Assembly: GCA_964016885.1 (NCBI GenBank)
Contig: OZ024741.1
Span: 74,958,001 to 75,022,000, forward strand
Origin: Eledone cirrhosa
Taxonomy: Eukaryota
Direction of reading: 5' to 3'
DNA: 64,000 bases
Shown here: piece by piece, positions 41,001-53,991 of the stretch
How positions within the stretch are numbered: position 1 is the stretch's first letter
Layout: the number at the start of each line of letters is the position of its first letter
Program-made: the position numbers and the translations under genes
The notes under the pieces: model-generated
Told to the model about the DNA's origin: nothing
The model's input: only the letters and a program-made list of their open reading frames with translations
Databases searched by the model: none

Positions 41001-41190
41001 ACACGCAATCTCCTTATAATCTTACTTTCCTTTGATCTCACCCTCTAAAATTTACATATCGCTGCCCTCTTTTCCCCTAAGATTAGAGCACATTCACATC
41101 CCTTATGATTATAACGAACTATCTTTGACTAATTACAGATTACACCCTCCACTTGTCAATTCCATTTCCTCTAATGAGTTACATATTCCA
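38051..41190 (+). mobile_element. Highly degenerate, near-full-length Penelope-like element, interrupted by three SINEs
   Basis: KNIPLP, RVKWKAF, FGFKS, ADKTR, WNNTNEVINWF, QFGIDDYYSSIS, WYNLP, IQLSYST, NVVYQCEI..YTG, ARSY..ELCAAE. Confidence 0.75.
40046..40697. mobile_element. Cluster of three family A SINEs (+ 40046-40225, + 40242-40422, - 40508-40697)
   Basis: Perfect TSDs attatcatttttaaga (40226/40423) and agtattggaaataat (40493/40698). Confidence 0.92.
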
Positions 41191-41746
41191 TTGGCTACTT
41201 AAAATTTTTTATTTCCCTATTCTTTAATTTGTACACAAGAAATGTGTATGTATATTTTAATTTTAAATTTACACGATTATTAGCTGGTAAATTTGACAAT
41301 AAGTACTTTGAAGATGTACCTGTCTGTATGCTGGATTTACTATATAAGCATGACCTAGTCCACAGAACTTCAGTTTTCCTCCAGACCTCTCTCATGAAAT
41401 GCAAAAGTACACTACACAATGCGAAATAGTGGATTATGAAGTGTAATATTTCACCTCTCATAGGCGATTGCATAATTTCATTGAAAAACGTGTTAGAGAT
41501 CCTATTGCGTAATAGTTGTTTTTTCGAATTTCAACAAATTTTGCCTAGTTTTTCACATTAAATTACTTCATGATATTCTCCTTGGAACTTATGTACCATA
41601 TTCGATAATGCATCTCATATTATCAAGATACTTATGTTATACAATTCCACCGACCATGTTGAGCACATATAACCGGTAAGTCGCCTCTTCCATTTTTTGT
41701 TTCGCATATTCGCTTTACACAAATGCGAATTAACCAACATAAAACA

Positions 41747-41819
<73 letters not shown>

Positions 41820-41874
41820 GACACATATATATATATACACACATATATATATATACACATATATATATACACAC

Positions 41875-41972
<98 letters not shown>

Positions 41973-42549
41973 TATATATATATATACAGTGGCGGACTGG
42001 CCAGGTTGTCCAATGGCAAGTGCACAGAAGCATTGCAGGGCCCACTGTAGTATTTTAGGGGCTTTCAAAAAATACCTGAAATCTAAGAGAAAGGATTAAC
42101 AATTTTTTTAAATAAATAAAACAACGAAGGAAAGCATTTGGTCCACCAATTCCACAGGGAATGACTAGAGATCAAAATATACGTTAGTGTAAATAGCTGG
42201 AATCAGTGGCTGTACATTCTACTAAATCTAAAGCTTAGTGTATTCATGCATGCAAACATACATATATAGACACAGACACACAAGCATATATATATATATA
42301 TATATATATATAATGCCAATCATTGTAAGTTTGAATCTAACTACATGCAAAAACAGATATATAGGAGTAAGGTAAGCCCAAATCATAGTAGATTCAAATA
42401 TCAGAGAGGGGGAGAAAAGAGGTAGAACAGGAATGAAACGGATTACAGGTTAAAATATAGTCTAGATAGATGAGAAACAAAACGAGGATGTAGTTTATGG
42501 AACACCCAAATTATTTAGAGGTCGAACTTGAGTAGGAGCAATAACATTA

Positions 42550-42940
42550 AGAAAGGCATGAACGACACCACAACACTTTGTTTTGAAAATTTTGAAAGTA
42601 TGTTTATAAGTATGAATTTTCATAATACTTTCGTAGTTGTCTCTGTGGCCTAGTGATAGGTACTAGAGACGGTGGAGATCATGGCCTTGGGTTCAATCCT
42701 GGTCAAGAGATGCATGTAAGCTTTTTCAGTTTTTATTTTACAACCCATAGGAAAAAACTGAAAAGGTTTATTGGAAATCCTACACCCGACCAGGATCGAA
42801 CTTCAGACGAGGATCACCAACGGCTATGATTCTTCCAACTAGGCCACCGAGACATCTACAACTGTATAATGAAAATTGATAATTATAAACCTACTTTCAA
42901 AATCATAGTTAAAAAGAAGTGGTGTCGTTCATGTCTTTCC
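42550..42940. mobile_element. Palindromic element with two convergent tRNA-like cassettes, copy 1
   Basis: Terminal IR gaaaggcatgaacgacaccac/gtggtgtcgttcatgtctttc; A box tggcctagt and B box gttc(a/g)atcc on both strands. Confidence 0.75.
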
Positions 42941-43035
42941 TAGAGCTATTAGTAATATTTAGGGTCGACTTGTCAATCTTCTGGCCCTTTGGTAACAACC
43001 TATTATTCCTATGTGTGTTTAAATGTTGAATTAAT

Positions 43036-43327
43036 TTTGAAAGTAGGTTTATAAGTATGAACTTTCATAAGGTTTTTGTAGTTTTCTCTGTGGCCTAGCG
43101 GTAGGTACTAGAGACGGTAGAGGTACTCGCCTTGAGTTCAATCCTGTTCAAGAGGTGCAGATTTTTTTACAACCACTAGAAAAAAACTGAAAAGGGTTTA
43201 CCGGGAACCCTTCTCTCGCCCAGGATCGAACTTCAGATCAGCATTATCACCGTCTGTGATTCCTCCAACTAGGCCACCGAGACAGATACAAAAGTATAAT
43301 GAAAATCGATAATTATAAACCTACTTG
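43036..43327. mobile_element. Palindromic dual-tRNA-like element, copy 2 (truncated at a CR1 fragment)
   Basis: Colinear with ~42590-42900 over both arms. Confidence 0.75.
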
Positions 43328-43708
43328 CCCAAATGATGTTAGCATCACCTTTAATGTACAGGCTTGGGCCCCGTGCTATCCGCCCACGACAAAAATCTCA
43401 CTCGCATCTCATAACAACAATACGGCACAATTATTTCACCTCAATTGGCCCCGCGTTCTTTAACATTACACCAAAACACATCAAAACAGAAACAGACCCC
43501 ATAAAGTTCAAGAAGTCTTTGGACAAATTTCTTCAAGAAATCCCAGATAAACCTCCTACACCCGGATATGCCTCCGTAAACAATAACTCTCTACTTGAGT
43601 GGGCCATGGTGCCCAAACCTGATTTGAAAGACTTCTCCAGGTGGTCCTATTAAGTTAGACATGGCCTGGGCCAATACTGGCCGAAACCTATCAAAGTTAT
43701 CGAAGTTA
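43328..43708 (+). mobile_element. CR1-like LINE 3' end
   Basis: FTSIGPAFFNITP..FKKSLDKFLQEIPDKP..NNSLLEW; short tandem tail tcaaagttatcgaagtta. Confidence 0.8.
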
Positions 43709-44028
43709 TATATATATATATATACGTACATATATGTCCTGTGTTCTTCCCTTCTATCGGTATGTTTACTTCGTTTTTTTCTTTTCTTCTTCTTCCATTT
43801 TTCTTTCTTCCTCTCTCTTCGCTATCACTTCTTTCCCTCGTGGCCTTTTGATGGATAGAAGGCCAAGGGCGCGCTACGGATCAATGTTCTGTTTTAAGCG
43901 CCGAAACATCTAAGATCCGTAGTAAACAGCTGACGAAGGGAAACTTTTCTTCTCTTGTTTACGTCCCGATTACCTTGTAACACTTCGCTTTTAGTAACCA
44001 CACAGCCTCACCTCTTTACCCCCCCCAC

Positions 44029-44133
<105 letters not shown>

Positions 44134-44884
44134 TTGTGTGTGTGTAACTTTAATAGTCAATGAATGGATGGAGCACTATATAGTTACTTTATGATATTAC
44201 ATAACATCTCTTTGTTACCTGTAGCTTTCACATGGAAAACAAGTCTTTAATTGATTTTTTCTGAAGAAGACAACTTGAACCAAACTGGAAGTCGTTTGTG
44301 TGATCAACAGGGATTTTGTACTATGAATTTTCTTTTTTATTAACGTTATTTCAAAATGATTTGGCTTCTATTTCTAACAGATCAAGTAATTATGTAAAGT
44401 AGACTTAGGTGACACTTTTCGAACTGAACAGCCATTTTAAAAAGAAATAAAATAATTCAGACTGTTAGAGCCGTATAATTTGTCATAAACAAATATATAC
44501 GATTTATATAAGAAGACCTGTGTTTAGCTAACTTTTTTCTTCCTCAATACGAAACTGCTTCAGTATTTGGGTTATAAATAGTAGCTTATGTTTTAATACA
44601 AGATTGCAGATTTAATAAAATAAAAAAATTCAAATCTTTAGAGTGATAAAGAGCCACCCAATATAGGCTAAGGAGTTGCAGGTCCTCAACTCCTGACATA
44701 GAGGCTTTTTCTTTCTGGTTTTTATTTAGTTTAAATCGAACTGATGTTAAGTTTGTACGTTGTTCTCTTTTAATATTCATTTAACCTGTTTGTTAACATA
44801 TTTCTAACGAAAGACACAGCATATGGTTTTCAAACAATTTATAAATGAAACCTTATCTCCGCTATTTTTATTTTATTTTTATCT

Positions 44885-45098
44885 AAAGACATGATGCGAG
44901 CATTAACATGGGTGATGGTGACGCTAAAGTACTGAAACTACCAGGCATCCTCACAGTCATACCTGACACTCTCACAGGTATCACTTGACACCTCAGTAAG
45001 GCGAGCCGCCAGTTATGACAAGAACTTTGCTGACAGCGGCTTAACCTCACCAAACGTCTCGAACGCCACAGGCTGAAAAAAATAATTAATAGAGACCA
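44885..45098 (-). mobile_element. CRE-like 3' fragment, copy 2
   Basis: NYFFQPVAFETFGEV..AKFLS; nucleotide match to ~37780-37910. Confidence 0.7.
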
Positions 45099-45099
45099 G

Positions 45100-46010
45100 C
45101 TGGTGGTGAACACTGCGTCCACCACTCCGCAGGAGCACCACTCGAGGACCGGTGGGAACCCAAATAAGACGCCAGGACCACGTAACGGGAGTTACAAAAA
45201 TGATGCACGAACATGTAACTGCCGTGTCCATGAGGAGTGCCCCCTGCGGGGAATGTGCCTGACTAAGGGCGTTGTCTACAGATGTGTGGTTACCACGCAC
45301 AACGATAGGCACACATACATCGGAGCTACATCCACGACTTTTAAGTCGAGGATGTACAACCACAAGAGCTCGTTCAAGGACAGGAACAAGAGACACTCCA
45401 CCAGATTGGCGGACTTAGTAAGGAGACTCAAAGACAGTGGCATAGAAATTGACCTCAGCTGAAGTATTGTACAACATGCGAATGCGTACTCGGCCGGAGA
45501 CAGGAAGTGCAAGTTATGCCTGTCCGAGGCTATGGAGATAGTCAAACTTAAGGGCGACGCAGTCAACCTCAAGTCTGAAATAATCATAGCATGCAGACAC
45601 CAACGTAAATGCACACTCTTCGCCCTAGTGATACCGGATGAAGACGTCGAAGTGATGCCAGCCGTTCAAGATTACAGCCCCTCTCCCACCACAGTAGTAA
45701 TTCTGATACATGAAGAAATTTTGATTGACAGGTGGAGAACGAAAAGAATCAAGCAGTGGGAAACCAAGAGTGGCTAGAAATACCGGTGACGTGTACAATT
45801 CCTGACCACTCATGGAATGACAACAGGATCTAAATCAACAAACGAAGGAATTCGATGTTAAAGGACAAGAGGAAAATCTGGTTCGTAGAATCGAGACGTA
45901 TCCGAGGACCACGCGATTTCAGAGTCAGGTTTGATTACCATATCGATCGAGAAACAATTGTAATATGTCCAATAAATTCCTTTCGTCGCAACACTGATTC
46001 TCTTTTTTCT

Positions 46011-46012
<2 letters not shown>
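45100..46012 (+). mobile_element. PLE 3' fragment (GIY-YIG + 3' region)
   Basis: CNCR..CPLRGMCLTKGVVYRC..YIGATSTTFKSRMYNH..CKLCLSE..LKSE..CRH. Confidence 0.88.
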
Positions 46013-46047
<35 letters not shown>

Positions 46048-46051
<4 letters not shown>

Positions 46052-47627
46052 TTTACGCATCGAGAAAGAGAAAAAAAGGGGGGATAGGTGATACATATAG
46101 TTATTTGCCAAGTAGCGTATGCCAAAGGTGCTCGATACTAGTGCCGGCAGTATTAAATATTCGAAGTGTTAATATTTAGTGGGCTAGAGAGTTAGCAGAG
46201 CGTAAGCACGTGGGAAAGTAAAAAATCGGAGAATAGACCGTTAAAAAATGTTTATTTAAAATATCACCTACGTACGTTTCGCCCAGTTGGGCTTCTCAAG
46301 GGCATAAATAATCACAAGTGTTCCTTATATTGCTCGGAAAGAGTTTTGGGGGTTAAATCCACATCAAGGTTCATTGCTCGCAAAAATATCTTGTTTTGAT
46401 TTTGCAGCAGGTCAAGGGAGGTAACTCTGGCCGGTGTTAGGGCAGTCTGTCCCGGACAAATTTTTTTTTTTTTTTTTTTTGCCGCATCCGTTTGTCTGAG
46501 GCTGGGTCTGGTATGCAAGGATTATTTTCTGGGTGTTATTTTGCAGCGCCTGCCCGCCGGGGTGTTAAGACTTGTTGCAGGGAGATCCAGTGTACTATTT
46601 CACTCTTCATCCTTAACCCATCTGAAGAAGGATATTTTTAAGCGATGTGTACAACTTATCGCTGTTTCAGCTCTGCTGTTGATGAGCTCGTGGGGTGCAG
46701 TTATGATGTGGTAGAGCTCCATGAGGCAAAGATCGCATTTCCTCTTGAAGTTGTACGGTGCAGCCCTGCCGACAATCTCCCAGTGCGTGGAGAAGCTGAT
46801 GTTTAAATTGCAACTGCCGCGACAGAGGACGCTGCCCCCTTAGAGGATACTGCTTGACTGATAGGGTTATATATAGATGCACTATTACTAGCCACAATAG
46901 CGTTAAACATTATATAGGGGCCACCTCCGGCCCGTTCAAAATTAGGTTTCGAACACATCTCCACTCTTTCACAAATAGAAAACTAAGGCACTCCACTTCG
47001 CTCGCGGACTACATCACATCACTAAAGGACTTAAACATCAGCTTCTCCACGCACTGGGAGATTGTCGGCAGGGCTGCACCGTACAACTTCAAGAGGAAAT
47101 GCGATCTTTGCCTCATGGAGCTCTACCACATCATAACTGCACCCCACGAGCTCATCAACAGCAGAGCTGAAACAGCGATAAGTTGTACACATCGCTTAAA
47201 AATATCCTTCTTCAGATGGGTTAAGGATGAAGAGTGAAATAGTACACTGGATCTCCCTGCAACAAGTCTTAACACCCCGGCGGGCAGGCGCTGCAAAATA
47301 ACACCCAGAAAATAATCCTTGCATACCAGACCCAGCCTCAGACAAACGGATGCGGCAAAAAAAAAAAAAAAAAAAATTTGTCCGGGACAGACTGCCCTAA
47401 CACCGGCCAGAGTTACCTCCCTTGACCTGCTGCAAAATCAAAACAAGATATTTTTGCGAGCAATGAACCTTGATGTGGATTTAACCCCCAAAACTCTTTC
47501 CGAGCAATATAAGGAACACTTGTGATTATTTATGCCCTTGAGAAGCCCAACTGGGCGAAACGTACGTAGGTGATATTTTAAATAAACATGTTTTAACGGT
47601 CTATTCTCCGATTTTTTACTTTCCCAC

Positions 47628-47629
<2 letters not shown>
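46048..47629. mobile_element. PLE insertion with 599-bp inverted duplication (arms 46208-46806 and 47031-47629)
   Basis: GIY-YIG on plus ~46810-47237 (CNCR..CPL..VIY..YIG..CDLC); arms almost identical; (TA)n on both flanks. Confidence 0.92.
47531..47575 (+). ncRNA. Type I hammerhead ribozyme motif, U3-A8 variant (mirror copy at 46262-46306, minus strand)
   Basis: TTGAGAA-GCCC(aact)GGGC-GAAAC-gtac-GTA; palindromic stem III; weak stem I. Confidence 0.65.
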
Positions 47630-47673
<44 letters not shown>

Positions 47674-47675
47674 TC

Positions 47676-48640
47676 ATCATCATCGTTTAATGTTCATTTT
47701 TCCATGCAAGCATGGATTAAAAGAGTTGCCCCATTGAGACAAGTATAACCATGATAACCATGATAACCATGTCTTGTTCATACAGAACTAGTTTTAACTT
47801 GTTTTCTACAGCTGCATGCCTTTCCTAACACCAACCACATTTAGAGTGGTGCTGGGTGCTTTTTGTCGTGAAACCTACCTACATGACCACTTTATAGTGT
47901 GGGCTTGGCACTTTTTGTTTCGTCATCATCATGACTACTTTACAATGTGGACTGGGGACTTGGCAGGGTAAGGATTGGGCAGGTAGATCTAGGAGCATGT
48001 GGGTGTGGCTGGAGTGTTAGTACGTGGGGAGTGAAAAAGAGGGGGGTTAGGACGTGGAGGTGTATGAAAGGGGTAGGCGGAAGGTAAGTGCATACAATAT
48101 GTATTCTTCAACCCGTGTACAAGGGAAAGCGAGTCTTCTGTATTACTGCATAGTGCGAGAAATCTCGATCCTGTGTCATTGCCTTCAACAAGTGCAATTG
48201 TGCAAGGTCAGCTTTCATCACCTCATCCCTAGTCTTCCTAGGTCTTTCTACACCATAGCTTCCATCAACTTTGAGCCACCTGCACCTTTTTATACAGCTA
48301 TCATCCTTCATACAGAGCACATGGCCATACCAATGCATTCTCCTCTTCTGCACACTGCATCTGATCACACTTATGCCTAATTTCTCTCTCAGTTCATTTA
48401 TACTTTGCTGTACATGTATATTACTATTACACCTCCATCAAAGCATGGTAGCTTCATTTCTTTCCAATCTTCGTAGGGTCCCTGCACACAGCACCCAGGC
48501 CTCACTACCATGCAACATTGTTGTTTGATACACACATCATACAGTCTGCCCTTCATTTTGTGGTTAACAGCAGTAGTAGCTCCATGAAATTTCTCCATCC
48601 CGTTCTCACTCTAGCTATAGTACTTTTGGCACAGCCACCT
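47676..48640 (-). mobile_element. RTE-like LINE 3' segment with (GAT)n tail
   Basis: KGRLYDVC, RRMHWYGHV, RPRKTR..QDRD; same family as 21525-22182. Confidence 0.85.
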
Positions 48641-48659
48641 CCATATATATATATATAAT

Positions 48660-48843
48660 ATATACACATAAGCTCTCTTACTCTTGTAATTTTTCTATAT
48701 TTTCTCTCTCTCATTCTATCTTCTGATGAAGGATCAATATCTGAAAACCTAAATCTGTTTTTCTACTATATCAAGGAAGCATTAAATAAATATATATCGT
48801 TGTATTGTATTGTTCTCTCATGTTTTTTTCCATGTTGACTTTT

Positions 48844-48846
<3 letters not shown>
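48660..48846 (+). mobile_element. Short hammerhead-bearing repeat (family H1) between (TA)n runs
   Basis: cattctatctt-CTGATGA-aggatcaatatct-GAAA. Confidence 0.6.
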
Positions 48847-48879
<33 letters not shown>

Positions 48880-48884
<5 letters not shown>

Positions 48885-50320
48885 TCATCATCATCACCGT
48901 TTTACGTCACTTTTTCCATGTTAGCATGGGCTAGACAGGATGTCCTGCTGTCGGCAATGCTAGGTCAGGTGACCATGTCATGCATACTGATTTGGGCTTG
49001 GTTTCTACAGCTGGATGCCCTTCCTGACACCAACCTCATTTACAGTGAATACATATACATATATACTTAATGTGCACGTGTGTATATGTAATGCGCCTAC
49101 TATAATCTGGTTGGCATTAAGAAGGGCATCCAGCTGTAGAAACCTTGCCTCACTTGTAATTTATGCAAGCTAAATACGGACCCTAGCTATGAAGGACAGT
49201 AACTCTGATTAAGTAAGCACATAGTCTGAATCAACCTATCCAACCCATACTAACATGAAAAATTGGAAGTAAAATGATAATTCTATTGCCATCATTTTAC
49301 ATCTTTTATCCCTGCTAGCATGGGTTGGATGGATTATCACAAACCAAGTCAGTAATTAATTGGAGCTACTGACCTCTCAGATAAACAGGGATCTACATTT
49401 CTTTTATATATGTACCTGCACACCTACAGTCAATTTCATCATAACACCAGCAATAGGGAGGATGTCATATCTTTGACACAACTAAATGGTCAGTCAATAT
49501 TTTTTTGGCAAGTTTTTATGACTGGATGCTCTTCCTATCACCAACCTTTTTACAGAGAATACTGAAAGCATTTTATTTTATCCCCATCATTAGAGAAGTT
49601 GTCCTGGCTTAACACAACTGAAGAGTCATTTCATCCCTTTTGAAGGATGGTTTCTACAGCTAGATGCCCTTCCTATCGTCAACCACCTAACGTGTACTGG
49701 GTGCATTTTTCGTAGCACCAACTCAAGGGAGGTTATTGTGACAGGACTGGAGGGTCCTCTCAACGCTTATTAGCAACACCTTTACAGAGTATAGTGTGTA
49801 CATTTTATTGTGCCACAAGAGCTAGGGAAGTTGCCAGTCATTGACTCAACTGAAGGGTACTTTCTAATCTATGTGGATGGGGGGGGGGGGGAGGGGGTAT
49901 GATAGTATGGGGTAATAGGATGGAGGAGGTCAAAAGAATAAGTATGTCATAGGTGACAAGTGAGAGGATGACAAGTATAATGCCTTGGATGTATAACGAG
50001 TGTAGTGAGGTTAAATGGGTGATGTGGGGAGAAAAAGAGGGTGAAAGTATGTCATAGCTGGATGACAAGTATGGTGGAATTTGACAGGGTGGTGAGAGAA
50101 ATTGGGAGGGGTGAGTGTTCTTGGATAGTGTGGTGGGTACTGGTACAGTGAACAGCTACTAAGGAGTTATGACTTGTGTATTGGGATTTAGATGTTGTGG
50201 GGTGTGGGGCTGCAATCCTAGATGGAGTGATGTGTGGTTGGATGTGTACAATAATGGTGAGAATAGTTATATTGCCAATATCATCATCATCATTTAACAT
50301 CCATTTTCCATGCTAGAATA
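48880..50320. mobile_element. Cluster of RTE-tail-derived short repeats
   Basis: Several copies of gggcatccagctgtagaaacc and ccaacccatgctagcatggaaaa..(GAT)n on both strands. Confidence 0.65.
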
Positions 50321-50699
50321 TATATACAGTATATATGACTAATTCTTGAGATATTATTACAGAAAAATAGGCATCAGAAATCTGTATTAAATGATTAGAT
50401 CGACTTTTATGTCTATTATTTCAAAACGACCATTATCCTTGGTTTTGTCATAATCAATAGTATATAAATTGATAATTTATTGAGTAGTTCGATCAAAATT
50501 TTGTTGAGTTTAGGTGTAATATTGGTTTATTGAAATTTCTTCATTATTTCAGCAGAAGATGCTTTGTCTTTTGTTTAATCAATACAAACTCATTAGCGTA
50601 AATGAACTCATCAGTTAATAATCTTCAACAACAGTTTCAACTATTTGAGTTGATACCAAATTGCCTGAAACCACCACCAGTTCTATAATACAAATCTGT

Positions 50700-50926
50700 T
50701 TGTTTTTACCATTTAAACCGTCCGTATTTGGTCAGATTCCTCTCACTTCTTTCTGTTCAAACTGGCCATAACTGACTGCTCATACTAATGTTAAGGTATT
50801 GTTCTCAAAATAAATAATATCAAAATCTCATAGATTCGATATTATGTGAGATAATTATGTGAGGTAAAGCCTTTACCATGAAAATACAATAGTATATACA
50901 GAGTAATGTAAATGCTAAAGGGTTAA
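50700..50926 (-). mobile_element. TTAA (piggyBac-like) MITE, degenerate at one end
   Basis: Reverse-complement homolog of 55768-55994; ends aatgctaaagggttaa. Confidence 0.75.
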
Positions 50927-50929
50927 AGT

Positions 50930-51496
50930 GTTACAATCTTTCTAATTTATAATTTCACCTTCCATTATAAATTTATGCAAGAACCTTTATGTTTCAAAAA
51001 CCAGTTTAATAAAGAGAAAGTTAGTTACATTACTAAATCCTTTCAAATTTTTAGAAATTTTCAAAATGATTTTAAAATTACAGCCAGTGTAATTTCATTA
51101 GAAAGATTGTAACAAAAAGGTTAACATGTATATATTTATTTAATAACATCATAATTTTATGCAAGAACTTTTCTTCCTCATGCTAAAGTAACATTGAGAA
51201 AGTTAATTATATTACTAAATTCCACCAAATTCTTGATTATTTTTTTTATTATTTGAAAATTATAAGCAATATCTTTCAGTGGAAATTTGGCAATGAAAAG
51301 GTTAAATTGCTTGTTTATTTGAAAACTTTCTGTTGTAATTTTATGTAAGAACATTTGTTAAATTATGAACCCCACACCAACTTAATAATGAAAAAGTTAT
51401 TTTGCTAAATTCCTCAAAAGTCTTGATAATTTTCAAAATGATTTGAAAATTATAGGCTATATCTTTCATTAGAAATATGACAATGAAAGGGTTAAT
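50930..51496 (+). repeat. Three diverged ~185-bp tandem units, each ending in aa(a/g)ggttaa
   Basis: tttatg.aagaac..aaagtta..ctaaat..aaaatta..aaggttaa recurs, ending at ~51124, ~51305 and ~51495. Confidence 0.7.
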
Positions 51497-52392
51497 TAAA
51501 TTTTCATTAGAAATCATCTTCACTGTTTTGATCAATTTTATGTCTTTCCAATTCATCAATCATTGAGTATTTAGACAAATACTTGGAATTGGAATATTCC
51601 ATCATATATTATAAGATCAGTTTAGTCCAATAATTTCAATTAGTTTCAAGAATAAATTGAACCATCATTACTTTTGGGATTTCATTTCAAGAGCATTTTC
51701 ACAACAGGAGAACAAAATGCCTGTAAAAACATTTGTTGAATCAGAATTAATGAACAATTTAATTACAGTTTTGATTGCTTCAGACAGATCAATATTCTAT
51801 CAATTGACTGTCAGTCTTCTCATAAAATTACTACAATACTATTTTTCTTCATTTCATGTTTATTTAATTTCTCCCGGAAGCATGAAGAACTTAATTCTTA
51901 ACATGCAGTAGTTATTTAGAAGAAAATATCTCAATGTCTTTGTTAATTGTATATAGTATCTTTACTATTGGGCAAATCAATGCAGTATTACAGAAAAGAT
52001 TTCATTTCTAATGTGATGTGGTCATAGGACTGTTTAGTATTTTGCAAGAATGTCTTGTTAATGTGGTTTCTGTGGTAAGGGGAATTAAGAGTTAAAATAT
52101 CTAAAGTTGTGTGTATATCTTCTTAAAATGACAAAAGTGATTTTTCAAATATATTTAGACAATGATTTACAGGTTTTTGTGTAATTCGTTTATTTTTCTT
52201 CTGGCTTTAGTCATTATAATGTGGCCACCTTAAAAAGGTTTATTTGACCATATCGACTTAGCACTTTTTTTTTTCCAGTCTTATTTTATCCATCTCTTTG
52301 TTTGTAATATCCAGTTACAGGATATAAACACAAACAGATGCACACGCACATACACACATATATATAGATATTTGTATATATATATTTGTATA

Positions 52393-53085
52393 GGCGGCGA
52401 ATTGGCAGAACCATTAATACTTCGGATAGAATGCTTTATGGTATTCATCCCATCTCATTGCACGCTCTGAGTTCAAATCCCACTGTGGTCAACTTTGCCT
52501 TTTATCCTTTCGAGGTCGATAAAAAAAAGTACCAGTCCAATACTGGGGTTGATTCTTCCTCTATAGAAAAAAATTGGTTTAAAAGTGTCCTAGACAGGCC
52601 GTATGACGGTGCCTCTATGACTCCACATGGAGCAATGGGATCTTTATCCTTATATATACATGCATCATACGTGACAGGCTTCCACACAGTTTCTGCCTAC
52701 CAAATTTCACTCAGAAGGCCTTGGTCAACCTGAGACTATACGAACAAATCTTTCCAAATATGCAGTGTGAATTAATACCAAACTTTATGGTTGCAAAGCA
52801 CACACCTTAACCACAGAGCCATTTCTGCACCTATATTGCACATTTTTGTGTTTCCTTATTTGAAATTAATGAGTTCTAGTATAGGCACAAGGCCAGTAAT
52901 TAGGGGGGAGGGAGAGTTGATTAAATCGACCCCAGTACGTTATTGGTGCTTTATTTTATCGACCCCATAAGGATAAAAGGCAAAGTTAACCTCGGCGGGA
53001 TTTAAACTCAGAAGGTGAAGGGCCATAACTTTATGCTGCAAAGCATGGTGTCTGACGCTCCACCGATTCTGCCAATCCACCGCCC
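52393..53085. mobile_element. SINE cluster (family A + 52393-52555; other SINE - ~52640-52830; family A - 52874-53085 with 15-bp TSD)
   Basis: A/B boxes and Meta-like core; TSD ttatttgaaattaat/ttatttcaaattaat. Confidence 0.8.
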
Positions 53086-53991
53086 TTATTTCAAATTAAT
53101 AAAGTGAAAAAGATACAGCTACAAACTAAAACTTGACATTACAACCTCTTCTCTTCATGTTCCAATATGAATTAAAGCTCTGGATAAGGGGAGGGAGGCA
53201 TGTAAATAGCAAGAGCATTCCAAGAAATTTCTGACAACACGGAACAATTGTTTTAATAATTGTGCAATAAACACTGAAAAAAGACAATCAATTAAAAAAA
53301 AATTTAATTAGAGGAGTGACTAAATAAAACATGAAAAATAAATAAACTAAAAAAATCTTTAAAATTGCCCTGAAATTACAAATTGAGATAATTTGTGTCA
53401 TTCCAAATGCAATTTTAACAACAGATAAAATTTACACTCTCGTACAATTTTGTAATGTAAAAATTTATTGAAAAATATTCTAAATTACTCACAGAAGCAT
53501 GTTAACATATAGCCATACTCACACACATAAGCATAGACACATACTACAATCTGTTTCTGTATTTTTATCCAGTCAGGCATTTGTTTATCCATGGGTCCTG
53601 AACTCCTGCAGTAGTTGTAATGGGCAGTTATGTCATAAAACATATATTGGGTATTTTAAACCTAGCGGAGCTCATCCTTCTCTAGATCTTAACACAACCA
53701 ATACCTTCCAGTGAAAAAGAGAGAGAAGGGGGAAAATAAAGAGAAAGTGAGAAAGAGAATTCCAGGAAGAACTGACCAAAACTTTCCACCCCTCCACCAG
53801 CACTGGACTAGTACTTTATTTATTTATTGACCTTGAAAGACAAAGTCAACCTTGGTAGGATTTGAACTCAAAGCACAAAGAGCTAGAGGTTCTCAAACTT
53901 TTTGGACCACTGACCCCTCATGGCCATGTAATACTCTCAGTGCCCCTTATTTCCAGAGAGACCTGCCTACATGCAAATTGTAAATAATATA

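Noticed and set aside
41988-42080. hAT-like terminus CAGTGGCGG (and aggttctcaaactttt near 53887)
   Set aside because: No matching second TIR, TSD or transposase found.
43860-43975. Hammerhead at CTGACGA (~43930) or ggcgc..gcgcc-GAAAC
   Set aside because: The two half-cores cannot be assembled into one fold with stem III and a cleavage triplet.
50330-52250. Host exons in the AT-rich unique stretch
   Set aside because: Candidate splice acceptors lead to stops within a few codons, and no recognisable protein motif is present.
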